DNA of 64,000 nucleotides from an uncultured Planctomycetaceae bacterium (GTDB lineage: Bacteria; Planctomycetota; Planctomycetia; Isosphaerales; Isosphaeraceae): contig CAWIAD010000002.1 in NCBI GenBank assembly GCA_963833985.1, positions 6,528,001 through 6,592,000 on the forward strand. Reading direction: 5' to 3'. Both the position numbers and the translations under genes were made by a program. Within the stretch, counting starts at the first letter, position 1. Each line of letters opens with the position of its first letter. The notes under the pieces are model-generated. The model saw only the letters and a list, made by a program, of their open reading frames with translations. It did no database searches and was not told where the DNA came from. Shown piece by piece: positions 12,316-22,727 of the stretch.

Positions 12316-13678
12316 GTGTTTACCCTCGTGGATACGGAGGAAACGATCGCGGCCGTCGCTTCCGCCGCTGGTCCGGCGATGCGCGGCATTGTGCGGATGT
12401 CCGGGCCAAAAGCCTGGCCGATTGCGCTGGGGGCCTTTCAATCGGGTCACCCCACCACGCCGCCTTCGTCCCACCGGGCGGAGATCCGCGCCGGCCTGCT
12501 TGCGGTCGCTGGAGTGCGGCCTCTCCTGCCGGCCATGATTGCCTTCTGGCCCGGTCCGCGCACCTACACGGGGCAGGACATCGCCGAGATCCATGCCCCG
12601 GGCGCGGTGCCGCTGGTGAACCAGGTGCTCGCTGATTGCCTGGTGCGCGGTGCGCGGCACGCCCGGCCTGGCGAGTTCACGCTCCGCGCGTTCCTCTCCG
12701 GCCGCATCGACCTGACCCGCGCTGAGGCGGTGCTGGGAGTCATCGACGTGCGCAACCCGGCGCAGCTCGACGCCGCGCTGCGGCAACTCGCCGGCGGTCT
12801 TTTCCGGCCGATCGACGCGCCTGCGCGACCGTCTGCTCGACGTCGTGGCCCTGCTCGAGGCCAACCTCGATTTCGCGCACGAGTCCGACGTGGCCGATCC
12901 TGGCCGTGCCGCGCTCGCGCACCAGCTCCTTGCGTCGGCCCGGACGGTCGCGTCGCTGATCGAACGCCTGGCGCGCCGGGATCGCCCGGCGAGCAGCCCT
13001 CGAGTTGTGATCTGCGGCCCACCCAACGCCGGCAAGAGCCGGCTTTTTAACGCGCTACTGGGAGATGAACGGGCCATTGTCGCGCCCACGGCCGGCACCA
13101 CGCGCGACTACCTGAGCGCCGCGTGCGACGTGGGCGGGCTCATCGTCGAGCTGGTGGACACCGCTGGTGAGGAAGTGCCCCGCGGCAGCGTTGAGTCCTG
13201 GGCGCAACAGCACCGCGCCGAGCAGGCTGGGCTGGCCGATCTCGTGCTGGTCTGCCGTGCGCCGGATTCGGACAACGCATTGGAGGCACAGCCCCGCGCG
13301 AATGTGCCAATGCTGAGGGTCTTGACGAAGTGCGACATGGGCTGGCCCGCGCGGGAAGCCACCCCGGCGGCGATCGTCACGAGTGCGGCCACCGGCGAGG
13401 GGCTCGCTGCCCTGCGCGCGGCCATTTGCAGGGCCGTGGGCAACGACGCGGCCGAGCATGCGCTCCCCTCCAGCACCTCGGCACGCTGTCGCGAAAGCCT
13501 CGAAGGCGCCTCGTACGCGCTCGATTCGGCCGCGCGTACCCTGCAAGACCGAGGCGGAGACGAACTGGTGGCGGCCGACCTGAGGTTGGCCCTCGACGAA
13601 CTGGGTGAGGTGACCGGCGCGGTAGTCACTGATGACATTCTGGACCGCATCTTCCAGCGCTTCTGCATCGGCAAATGA
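12316..13678 (+). CDS. mnmE: tRNA modification GTPase MnmE (frameshift near 12820)
   Basis: ETIAAVASA, PRTYTGQD, PGEFTLRAFLSGRIDLTRAEA, GPPNAGKS, GTTRD, DTAG, C-terminal FCIGK. Directly downstream of yidC. Confidence 0.92.
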
Positions 13679-13764
13679 GCACGGCGACCTTGCGCCGACA
13701 CAGGGATTGGAATGGATTCCAGGATCCGGCGGCAGTGCAGCGACCTCGACGTTTTGCCTGGGAG

Positions 13765-14275
13765 ATGGCTGTGGCGCATGACCCGATCAGTCCGATCCAG
13801 TGGCAGGTCGAAACCCTCATTCACGCGCGCCGCGAGGCGACGTGGGAGGCCATCGATGATCTCTCCCTGATACCTGACTATCATCCGGTGGTCGGCCACG
13901 TGGAGCTGCCGCAAGGAGTCGAACGCCGGCAACCGGGCGTGGAATACAGATGTGTGATCCCTTCGGGACCGGGCAAGGGGTGGTGCGTGGAGAAGGTGAT
14001 CGACCATGTCCCGTTGCGGAGGACCACGGTAGCGTTCACGGCCGACTCGTGGGGTCTGACCCGGCTGATCGACGGTTTCCTGACGGAAATCGAAATCGAA
14101 CCTCGGGGAGAATCAATCACGCGGGTCATCCTGACAGGGCGCTACCGTCCCAGGGGCTGGAAAGGCGCGATCCTCAACGTCTTGGTGCTGCGCCGGCGCA
14201 TGTGCGAGCCGCGCCCTCGAGACGATGCGCGGTTTCAAGCGGCTGCTCGAGGAGCGGAGCACGAAAGCGTCATGA
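13765..14275 (+). CDS. SRPBCC/polyketide cyclase-like protein (probable frameshift near 14205)
   Basis: VETLIHARREATWEAIDDLSLIPDYHP is an SRPBCC-type N-terminus. The expected C-terminal helix (TMRGFKRLLE) is in another frame ending TGA 14273-14275. Confidence 0.65.
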
Positions 14276-14326
14276 CAGGGACGTCGTGCCGGATGGGCGG
14301 CTCGAAGCGGGATTGAACGAATCGAC

Positions 14327-14370
14327 CTCGCTCCCACGCTCCTGCGTGGGAGTGTCGTCCGCGACGCTCC
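14327..14370. repeat. REP-like palindromic element
   Basis: CTCCCACGC-TCCT-GCGTGGGAG hairpin followed by GACGCTCC, similar to the widespread CTCGTTCCCACGCTCxGCGTGGGA repeat type. Confidence 0.55.
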
Positions 14371-14503
14371 GAGACTGTGAGTTTTCGACCGCACGGCGGG
14401 TTTTCCCATCGGCGTGCGTCGATTGATCAGGGGTCGGGGTCTCTGCTGCTCTCGGGTTGAGGCGGGTACAATCCCTTGCGCGGATGTCGCGGGGGAGCCG
14501 GCC

Positions 14504-14884
14504 ATGAATTTCGACGTCGCCTGGTTGACCGGACGGAGGCTCGCGGGCGTGGAGTGGTTTACTCCGGACTTCTGGCGATTCCGGTTCGATGACGGGTCTC
14601 GGATTGACGTCGAATGCCCCTGGCGGCTCATCCATGGTCTTCGGATCGCCCTGTCGAGCGAGGACCATGGTCAGGTCTACGGCCTTGGCGTGCCGATCGA
14701 TGCCGCGTCCCGTTGCGAGTCGCTTCTTGCCGGCCTGCCGGTTCGTCAGGCCGAGGTCCGTGACGACACGCGAGACATTCTGATCCACTTCGATGATCAT
14801 CGCAGGCTGGAGATCCTGCCGATTTCCTCCGGTTACGAAAGCTGGAACCTCATCGATCCGTCGGGCCGTCAGACGATCGCCTAG
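14504..14884 (+). CDS. DUF6188-like hypothetical protein, possibly with a premature TAG
   Basis: ECPWRL...SSEDHGQ...SSGYESW. Reading through the TAG at 14882 adds GGGNLVSWPDD, ending at 14920. Confidence 0.55.
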   Translation: MNFDVAWLTGRRLAGVEWFTPDFWRFRFDDGSRIDVECPWRLIHGLRIALSSEDHGQVYGLGVPIDAASRCESLLAGLPVRQAEVRDDTRDILIHFDDHRRLEILPISSGYESWNLIDPSGRQTIA

Positions 14885-15071
14885 GGGGGCGGGAACCTTG
14901 TCTCCTGGCCTGATGACTGAGCGTGTGCCCCGTGAATGCGCGACGGAGCACGGCTCAAGCCATGAAGACGTAGAATGAGAGCCATACGGTGTCACCCGGT
15001 CCCCTGAATGTGTTCGTCGCGCGTGATTGTCCGACCTGCCACCCCTGGCGGATCGTTCGTGGAGGTGATCG

Positions 15072-15290
15072 ATGATTCAAACGGTTGAGGCAGTCGTCGA
15101 TGCCAGCGGCACAGTCCGATTGCTCGGTGAGATCAGCGTGCCTGGCCCGCGGCGGGCTCTGGTAACGATTCACGAAGAACCGGCCGTGATTCCCGGAGAG
15201 GCCGCCCTGCTCGCCGAGGGCGCTCTGGCGGAGGATTGGTCCAGGCCGGAGGAAGAAGCCGCGTGGCCGCACCTTCAGCCGGGGACGTAA
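15072..15290 (+). CDS. Small antitoxin-like protein (DUF104/DUF2281 type)
   Basis: GGAGGT RBS; MIQTVEAVVDASGTVRLL...LAEDWSRPEEEAAWPHL, with an acidic DW..PEE..AW tail typical of putative antitoxins found upstream of PemK/MazF toxins. Confidence 0.55.
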   Translation: MIQTVEAVVDASGTVRLLGEISVPGPRRALVTIHEEPAVIPGEAALLAEGALAEDWSRPEEEAAWPHLQPGT

Positions 15291-15372
15291 TGTGACAACG
15301 GCGCTCGGCGGGCTCGCGCTCCCTGACAACGCCCTCCTGGCCTGATCGCAGAGCGAAGAGGCGCAGACTTCC

Positions 15373-15921
15373 ATGAAGCACTCTGATCATGTGGCTCTCT
15401 TCCGCGGCATCAACGTCGGCCGCGCCAAGCGGGTGGCGATGGCCGACCTGCGATCGCTGTTCGAGGGCCTCGGATTCGGTGAGGTGCGCACGCTGCTCAA
15501 TAGCGGCAACGTGATTTTCAGTGCCCGGGACGGAACCGCCAAGGATGCCGCGACGCGTGTCGAAGAGGCACTTGCGAACGTGCTCGGGGTCTCGTCCCGG
15601 GTGACGGTGCTGTCAGCCGCGGAGCTTGCCGGAGTCGTGGCCGCGAATCCGCTGCTCGGGGTGGCCGACGATCCCTCGCGGTTGCTCATCGCCGTGCTGA
15701 ACGATCCGGCCGATCGGGCCAGGCTCGAGCCCTTGCTGGAGCAGGACTGGACGCCGGACGTGCTGGGACTCGGCGGGCGAGTCGCCTATGTGTGGTGCGC
15801 GGGTGGTATTCTGGAGAGCCGCCTGGCGAAGGCGATCGAACGTGAGCTCCGTGACAGGGCCACCACGCGCAACTGGGCGACCGTGCTCAAGCTGCACGCG
15901 CTGCTCCAGGGCAAGGCGTGA
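15373..15921 (+). CDS. DUF1697 family protein
   Basis: ALFRGINVG, VRTLLNSGNVIF, ATTRNWATV. Confidence 0.9.
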   Translation: MKHSDHVALFRGINVGRAKRVAMADLRSLFEGLGFGEVRTLLNSGNVIFSARDGTAKDAATRVEEALANVLGVSSRVTVLSAAELAGVVAANPLLGVADDPSRLLIAVLNDPADRARLEPLLEQDWTPDVLGLGGRVAYVWCAGGILESRLAKAIERELRDRATTRNWATVLKLHALLQGKA

Positions 15922-16103
15922 CCGCGCCCGAACCGCTTCCCTGCGGATACGTGCCTTTCGCGCGCCGGCAGGTTATTCTGAGGACGGCTTCGCCCCGAAG
16001 GCGAGACGCCGCGGGCCGCGCGGCTGCCGATCCTGAGGTGCCGCGTGGCCGGGCCGGGCCGCGGCGCCCGCACAACGTTCTCCGCGATCGAGGAAAAACC
16101 AAA

Positions 16104-16538
16104 ATGCTGAAGCGCATTCCGAGCATCCTCTCTCCCGAGCTTCTGTACCTGATTGCGCAAATGGGGCACGGCGACGAGCTGGTGATCGCCGACGCCAACT
16201 TCCCCGCGGTGACCAACGCAAAGCGGCTGGTCCGCGCCGACGGCCACAGCGTGCCGGCCATCCTGGAGGCGATCTTGCAGCTTTACCCGCTGGACAGCTA
16301 TGTCGAGAAGCCGGCCGCGGTGATGCGGCGGGTGGACAAGCCGGGCGAGCCGGCACCGATCTGGAACGAGTACCAGCGTCTGCTGGACAGCGCCGAGGGA
16401 CGGCACATCGCCATGGAGCAGGTGGAGCGGTTCGCCTTCTATGAGCGGGCGAAGCAGACCTTCGGCGTGGTGGCCACCGGCGAGACCGCGCTGTACGGCA
16501 ACCTCATCATCAAGAAGGGCGTGATTGCACCCGCGTGA
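16104..16538 (+). CDS. fucU: RbsD/FucU family sugar mutarotase
   Basis: MLKRIPSILSPELL, MGHGDELVIADANFP, ERFAFYERAK, TGETALYGNLIIKKGV. Confidence 0.88.
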   Translation: MLKRIPSILSPELLYLIAQMGHGDELVIADANFPAVTNAKRLVRADGHSVPAILEAILQLYPLDSYVEKPAAVMRRVDKPGEPAPIWNEYQRLLDSAEGRHIAMEQVERFAFYERAKQTFGVVATGETALYGNLIIKKGVIAPA

Positions 16539-16586
16539 AGGCGCGCCGTCTTCTCACCAGCCGCCGGGCGATCGGGGCCGCTCCGA

Positions 16587-17510
16587 TCAGAGCACGTAAT
16601 CCTGGCCCTTGGGCTCGGCGGCGATCGACCCGGCGGACTGGTCCGAGCCGTTGAGGCCGGGCGGGGTGCTGCGGCCGCCGGTCTGCTCCGAGGCCGAGGT
16701 GAGCTGGCTCAGGTAGAACCGCGCCGGCTCGGCGTAGTCGGAGTGGTTGGTGAGCTTGAGAACCCGGTGAAAATCGAGGATGGCATCGCTGATGATGCCT
16801 TTGCGGGCCAGGCACACTCCGCGATTGAGGTAACATTCGGCGTCGTTCGGCCGCATCATCATGACCTGATCGAAATCGCCCAGTGCGGCTTCCAGGTCGC
16901 CCTTCTCGCTCCGAATGCGGCCGCGATGGAGGTAGGAAAGGGCGTGCCGGGGATCAAGCTGGAGGGCCTCATCATATTCGGCGAGCGCCAGGTCCGGCTT
17001 CCCCTCGGCCTCGTGGACGCAGCCACAATAGTAGTGCGCGTCCGCAAGGTAGGGAGAGATCGTCAGCGCCCGGTTGAACTCGGCGAGGGCGGCCTGATGG
17101 GCACCCTGTGCCAGCAGCTTGCGGCCTTCCTTGAGATGGAGCGGGATGCTCGTGCGGAGCCGGCGCCGGGTGGAACTTTGTACCCACGTCATCACCAGGG
17201 TCGCCGCGGCCGGCAAGCCGAGCAAAGCCACTCGAATCTGGAACCGGGTGGGCTGAGGGTAGCGTGAGCGGGTCACGGTGACGTATTCGCCGTAATGCGT
17301 CCGCACGGTCTGCTCGTGAATCACGAACATCGCCAGCATGATCCCGAAGACGCCGAGCGCTCCCAGCATCCGTGCCAGGATCTTCGCCTTGCCCAGCGAC
17401 ATCAGGATCGTCGCCACGATGATCAGGCCCGCGCCTGCCGCGAACAGCAACACCAGCTCCAGCTCAGTGGGCCAGTTCACCACGCGGTGGTAGAGCTCAG
17501 CACCTTTCAT
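16587..17510 (-). CDS. Membrane-anchored TPR protein
   Basis: Three hydrophobic N-terminal segments followed by about 4 TPR motifs (ALAEFNRALTISP, ALAEYDEALQLDP, ALGDFDQVMMMRP). Confidence 0.85.
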   Translation of the reverse strand: MKGAELYHRVVNWPTELELVLLFAAGAGLIIVATILMSLGKAKILARMLGALGVFGIMLAMFVIHEQTVRTHYGEYVTVTRSRYPQPTRFQIRVALLGLPAAATLVMTWVQSSTRRRLRTSIPLHLKEGRKLLAQGAHQAALAEFNRALTISPYLADAHYYCGCVHEAEGKPDLALAEYDEALQLDPRHALSYLHRGRIRSEKGDLEAALGDFDQVMMMRPNDAECYLNRGVCLARKGIISDAILDFHRVLKLTNHSDYAEPARFYLSQLTSASEQTGGRSTPPGLNGSDQSAGSIAAEPKGQDYVL

Positions 17511-18232
17511 GATCAGGATAGCCTTCCAGGCAACAGTCGGCGTTTTTGAGGTTGGCTCGGTTCTGCGCGGCTCTCTTCACGGAGCGGAAGGCCAGGACAG
17601 CGAACGTCGTTGCCGACGATTTCGAGTGTGTAAACGAAACGGCTGACAAAATAGATCACTGTTGTACATGCACGAGAGGTCCCCCCACAATGTACGAGTG
17701 CCCCTTGCAGGTGTCAATCGCGAGCCTGCGCTCGTCGGCCATTTTTCAGTCTTTTCGCACACAAGCTCAAGACAAGGGGCCTGGCTCCGACCCGCCCTGG
17801 CCCGCGCGCTGCCGCATCCGTCGCAAAACATTCAGCAGAACGGCTTCGTGACGCCCATGAGCCCATGACGTGTCACGTCGCGCGGCTCGCGCTTCTCTCT
17901 GCTTACAACTCTGCTTGCAGGACACGCGATCGACGGTTCATAGCAACCCGAAACGCGCGGCTTGTCTCCTGGCCCGGTCGGGACGGGCGGCCACCCTCGC
18001 TCCTGCATGGGGGCTGGTATGAAGCCGCTCCGCTGATTCCAGGCCAGACAGGCCGGTCAATCGCCCGACGGGACTAAGGCCGATGCCGGCACTGCCGGAT
18101 CCGCGCAAAACCCGACCTGCTTCGAAAACGGCTGCTATATTCCAGTAGGCATTCCTCCGGGAATTCCCCAGGCCCGCGGTCGAATGCGCAGGAGGCCGCA
18201 GCTGTCGTCGTCGGCAAAGGGATTGCTTAGCA

Positions 18233-20761
18233 ATGCGACACCGAAAACCGGCTCGGACCCGCCCGGCGGCGTTCGAACGACTGGAAGACCGCTCGCTCTT
18301 GACCGTCCTGATCGCCCTGGTGGATACCGGCGTGGACCTCACCAGCAGCGCAGACGGCCCGTATTACAACTTCAGCGCCGCCTACGACGCATACAGCCAG
18401 CAGCCCGCGGCCCAGTACGGCGACGGCGTGGTCCAGGACACGAGCCTCCAGCACGGCCACGGCTCGACCGTCGCGGACCTGATCGTGCAGGGCATCCAGG
18501 CCGCCGAGTCCCAGCCCGGAGCCGGCGCCGCTGGCGTGCAGATCATGCCCATCCGCGACACCTCCAGCGGCGATAACATCGACGCCAGCGCGCTGGTGCG
18601 AGGCGTCTACTGGGCGGCCGACCACGGCGCCGCGGTGATCAACCTGAGCGTCGCCTCGACCTCCGATCCCGTGCTTCAGGATCTGGCCGACCCGCACAAC
18701 GGTTCCACACTCTCGCAAGCCATTGCTTACGCTCAGAGCAAGGGCGCCGTGGTGGTCACCGCGCCGGGGAACGATGCGATCAACATCGATCACCTGGTGC
18801 TGTACCCGGCTTACGCTTCCGACCCTGTGTATTCCACGGCCAGCCCCGCGCCCACCAACGTGATCGTGGCCGCGGCCGTTGATGCCGCGGGCAATCTCAC
18901 GTCCGTGTCGAGCTGGGGGCCGAACCACGTGGACCTGGGGGCGTATTCCAACGTGCAGGGTTTCACGTCGTACTCGGCGGGTTACACTTCCGGCGTCGCC
19001 GGCGTGATCGCGGCCCTGCTGCCGCCAGGACACCCGGCTCAGCAGGTGATCAGCGTGATCGAGGGCACGGCCACGCCGCATGCTCAGTCCGTCGGCGCCT
19101 GGAGCAAGACCGGAGGGGTGATCAACCCGGCCGGGGCGGTGGCCCGGGCCGAGGCCGCCGGCGTCATCATCAACGCCGGCGGAGGGGCGTCCACCGGCTA
19201 CGCGGCCGACGGAGACTACAGTGGAGGCTCGACCTACTCGGTCACCGACCCGATCAACACCAGCGGCCTGATCGACCCCGCACCCCAGCAGGTCTACCAG
19301 TCCGAGCGCTTCGGCAATTTCAGCTATACCCTCCCCAACCTGGTCCCAGATGCCCCCTATATCGTGCGGCTCGACTTCGCCGAGATCTACTGGAACGCGC
19401 CCGGCGACCGGCTCTTCAACGTCCTGATCAACGGTAACCCGGTGCTCACGAACTTCGATGTCTACGCCGTGGCGGGCGGCAAGGACATCGCCATCGAGCG
19501 CCAGTTTGAGAGCCTTTCGTCGAGCACCGGTCAGATCGTCATCCAGTTCACGAGCATTCGCGACAACGCCAAGGTGAGCGGCATCGAGGTCACCCCGGCG
19601 CCAGACCTCGCCCTGGGGAAGGCGGCCTACGCATCGTCGGTGGAGAGCACGTACTACGCGCCGGGTCTGGCGGTGGACGGCAACAGCAGCACGCGGTGGT
19701 CAAGCGGTCAATGGATGCAAAACGGCGAGACCGGCTGGATCTATGTGGACCTGGGAGCGCCTTACAGCATCTCGGAGGTGCGTCTGAACTGGGAGACGGC
19801 CTTCGCGGTGAACTACCAGATCCAGGTCAGCAACGACGCGGTGAACTGGACCACGATCAAGGTCATCAGCGGCAACCAGAGCAAGGGCGTGGCCGATTTC
19901 AGCGGACTTTCCGGCAGCGGACGTTTTGTGCGCATCGACTGCACCCAGCCCGGCCCCTATTCCAACAATTACTCGCTCTATGATTTCAGCGTCTTCGGCA
20001 CGGCGGTGACCGATCTTGCACTTGACCGACCCGCCTACGCATCGTCGGTGGAGAGTACGTACTACGCGCCGGGCCTGGCGGTGGACGGCAACAGCAGCAC
20101 GCGGTGGTCAAGCGGTCAATGGATGCAAAACGGCGAGACCGGCTGGATCTACGTGGACCTGGGAGCGCCTTACAGCATCTCGGAGGTGCGTCTGAACTGG
20201 GAGACGGCCTTCGCGGTGAACTACCAGATCCAGGTCAGCAACGACGCGGTGAACTGGACCACGATCAAGGTCATCAGCGGCAACCAGAGCAAGGGCGTGG
20301 CCGATTTCAGCGGACTTTCCGGCAGCGGACGTTTTGTGCGCATCGACTGCACCCAGCCCGGCCCCTATTCCAACAATTACTCGCTCTATGATTTCAGCGT
20401 CTTCGGCAGCCCGGCGCCGACGGCCCTGAGCCCGGCGGGGATGGTGGCGGCGCTGGCCGCGGGCTCCGGTGTGGCCGGATCAGGCCCGGTCCCCGCCGCT
20501 CCTCTGGCCATCACCCCCGTGCAGGCTTGTTCGGTCACGCCGAATGCCGCGTCGCCGGGACCCAGCGCCCCACCCTTGACGGTTGCCAGCGCTCCCGCCG
20601 GCCGGGAGCAGCAGTTCAGCGCCGGGTCCTTACCTGGCCAGCGTACGCTCTTGCTACCGGTGCACATGCCGGCACCGCGGCCCTTGGCATTTCCCCGGCA
20701 GTCCGTGAAACTCCGGCCAGCACCCCTCGAGGTCTACCAGAAGCGGTTGCGTCGGCGTTGA
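18233..20761 (+). CDS. Secreted S8 (subtilisin-like) peptidase with malectin and two F5/8-type C (discoidin) domains
   Basis: FERLEDRSLL planctomycete N-terminal motif; IALVDTG, HGHGSTVA, APGND, GFTSYSA; malectin VYQSERFG...LDFAEIYW...RLFNV; two copies of AVDGNSSTRWSS...WIYVDLG. Confidence 0.85.
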   Translation: MRHRKPARTRPAAFERLEDRSLLTVLIALVDTGVDLTSSADGPYYNFSAAYDAYSQQPAAQYGDGVVQDTSLQHGHGSTVADLIVQGIQAAESQPGAGAAGVQIMPIRDTSSGDNIDASALVRGVYWAADHGAAVINLSVASTSDPVLQDLADPHNGSTLSQAIAYAQSKGAVVVTAPGNDAINIDHLVLYPAYASDPVYSTASPAPTNVIVAAAVDAAGNLTSVSSWGPNHVDLGAYSNVQGFTSYSAGYTSGVAGVIAALLPPGHPAQQVISVIEGTATPHAQSVGAWSKTGGVINPAGAVARAEAAGVIINAGGGASTGYAADGDYSGGSTYSVTDPINTSGLIDPAPQQVYQSERFGNFSYTLPNLVPDAPYIVRLDFAEIYWNAPGDRLFNVLINGNPVLTNFDVYAVAGGKDIAIERQFESLSSSTGQIVIQFTSIRDNAKVSGIEVTPAPDLALGKAAYASSVESTYYAPGLAVDGNSSTRWSSGQWMQNGETGWIYVDLGAPYSISEVRLNWETAFAVNYQIQVSNDAVNWTTIKVISGNQSKGVADFSGLSGSGRFVRIDCTQPGPYSNNYSLYDFSVFGTAVTDLALDRPAYASSVESTYYAPGLAVDGNSSTRWSSGQWMQNGETGWIYVDLGAPYSISEVRLNWETAFAVNYQIQVSNDAVNWTTIKVISGNQSKGVADFSGLSGSGRFVRIDCTQPGPYSNNYSLYDFSVFGSPAPTALSPAGMVAALAAGSGVAGSGPVPAAPLAITPVQACSVTPNAASPGPSAPPLTVASAPAGREQQFSAGSLPGQRTLLLPVHMPAPRPLAFPRQSVKLRPAPLEVYQKRLRRR
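19625..20408 (+). repeat. Tandem 408-bp intragenic duplication (discoidin domain)
   Basis: 19625-20000 and 20033-20408 are near-identical; by eye I see three synonymous differences. Confidence 0.92.
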
Positions 20762-20855
20762 TCGGCCCGTGGCGGGTAGGCTCCCTCCTGGTGTAGCATC
20801 TCGAGATCCGGCTGCTCCGGGTGGAATCCAGTCCGGTAATCGCGAGGTCCACGCC

Positions 20856-22016
20856 ATGAACCAGAGCGCAGCGCGGAATGTGATCATCGGCGCGGGAGCC
20901 ATGGGCGCGGCAGCCGCGTATCACCTGGCGCGGCGGGGCGAGCCGGTACTGCTCCTCGAGCAGTTCGCGCTGGGACACGATCGCGGCAGCTCGCACGGCG
21001 CGGCGCGAATCACCCGGCACTCCTACGCCGATGCCGACTACGCCCGGCTCATGCCGGCGGCCTTCCGCGCCTGGAGAGAGCTGGAGGCCGACGCCGGACG
21101 CTCCGTCTACATCCGCACCGGGGGCGTGTCGTTCAGCCCCGAGGGCGTGGATTATGTGGCCCGTGTCGCTGCCAACCTGGAGGCGCTCGATGTTCCCCAT
21201 CGCCGCATGACCGGCGCGGACTGGAACCGGGCGAACCCGGCCTTCGCCGTTCCGGCCCGGCACGACGTTGTCTTCGAGCCCGACGCCGGCATGCTCGCCG
21301 CGTCCGCGGCCGTGATGCTCCAGCTCGAACTCGCACGTCTCCACGGCGGCGCCAGGACGCAGGTCGTCCCGTCCACTCCGGTCCGCGCGATCGACCTGCA
21401 AGGGAGCAGGCCGATCGTCCTGACCGACACGGCCGCCATCACCGCGGACCGGCTCATCGTCACGGCCGGGGCCTGGGTGAAGCAGCTCTTGCCCCAGTTT
21501 CCGGTGCCGCTCGTGCCCACGCGGCAGCAGGTGCTCTACTTCCGCCCGGCCGATCCTGGGCCCTTCGAGATCGGCCGATTTCCCGTATTCATCTACAAGG
21601 GCGACCGCGACGACGACGCCTACTACGGCATGCCGGGCCTGCTGGGAACCGGCGTGAAGACGGCCCGCCACTTCGGGCCGCCGACCGATCCGAACGTCGC
21701 GGAGACCGCCGTGAGCGACGATTATCGCGCGGTCGTCCGCGGCTTCCTCCGCGCCCACATTCCCGCCCTGGCCAGCGCACCGATCGACCAGGCCGAAACG
21801 TGCCTTTACACGGTGGCCCCGGACGAGCAATTCGTGGTCGACTTCCTCCCCGGCCGCGACGATGTCCTCGTTGCCAGCCCATGCAGTGGCCACGGCTTCA
21901 AGTTCTCGTGCCTGATCGGCCGCCTCCTCGCCGCCATGGCGCGGCAAGACGATGCGGGCGCTCGGGACCAGGCCAGTTTCCCCCTTCCACCCGCCTGGCG
22001 GCTGGGTGTGCCTTGA
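20856..22016 (+). CDS. solA: FAD-dependent sarcosine oxidase / N-methyltryptophan oxidase family protein
   Basis: IIGAGAMG, LLEQFALGHDRGSSHGAARITR, CLYTVAPDEQFVVD, CSGHGFKF. Confidence 0.85.
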   Translation: MNQSAARNVIIGAGAMGAAAAYHLARRGEPVLLLEQFALGHDRGSSHGAARITRHSYADADYARLMPAAFRAWRELEADAGRSVYIRTGGVSFSPEGVDYVARVAANLEALDVPHRRMTGADWNRANPAFAVPARHDVVFEPDAGMLAASAAVMLQLELARLHGGARTQVVPSTPVRAIDLQGSRPIVLTDTAAITADRLIVTAGAWVKQLLPQFPVPLVPTRQQVLYFRPADPGPFEIGRFPVFIYKGDRDDDAYYGMPGLLGTGVKTARHFGPPTDPNVAETAVSDDYRAVVRGFLRAHIPALASAPIDQAETCLYTVAPDEQFVVDFLPGRDDVLVASPCSGHGFKFSCLIGRLLAAMARQDDAGARDQASFPLPPAWRLGVP

Positions 22017-22264
22017 TGGTGAGCGAGGGATGATGGAAAGCTGGAAGTCGGTGAGCTATAGAAGGCGAATCAGCCCCGACACCTTTTGCGTGGCCCGGCC
22101 CGTTTTCTGTCCTCCTTCAGCGCAAGCGCATTGCGGGCTTGTCCGTCTTGCATTTTTTACGAAATGTTGCGAGGAGTAGATTTTGACAGAGCCGTCCAGA
22201 AAAGATTGAAATCTAAACTTTGCGCCGCCTTTAAGGGCTTCGATGATCTTGCCTACGGTATCGT

Positions 22265-22726
22265 TCATGACAACCACTTGGCCAATGGCGTTGTTAGGGA
22301 AGCCTGGCTTTCCTGCAAATTGCAGTATAGAAGGCCATCAGTACAGCAATCGAAGGTCTCGGTGAATAGCCTATACACGCGGGTGCGATGAATAGACGGG
22401 AAGAAGTTGGTTATGTCTACGGTGTAGGCGTAGACAGAGCCAGCGTGCACCCTCGCGTTGGTGATGATAGACCGTCCACGTACACCGCCGTGGCTATGAA
22501 CGGAGGGGCGAAGATTGGGGAGCAGGACTCGGGCATAAAGCCTGTCGAGCAAGAGCCTCCACAGCCCTCTAACCTCAATGATGTCCCGACACTTTCCAGG
22601 TTTCGTTGGATCTATCAAAGAATATTGACGAACACAATTGTGGAGATTGGTCAAACCCGCTCGGAGTCTGCGAGATGGGATGCCGAGGATATCCGCTAGG
22701 CACCGTTCCGACCGTATGTGCAGCAT
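22265..22726 (-). pseudogene. Retron-type reverse transcriptase, N-terminal 153 aa only
   Basis: KCRDI, HSHGGVRGRSIITNARVH (retron NAxxH region), VDITNFFPSI (RT motif A). No convincing PQG or YxDD motif in any downstream frame. Confidence 0.8.
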
Positions 22727-22727
22727 A

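Noticed and set aside
17520..18230. Possible riboswitch or sRNA in the 700-bp divergent intergenic region
   Set aside because: I could not recognise any conserved RNA motif; an Rfam scan would be needed.
19625..22726. Diversity-generating retroelement (near-identical repeat pair close to an RT)
   Set aside because: Both repeats are in-frame coding domains, the few differences are synonymous C/T changes, and the RT has retron rather than DGR motifs.
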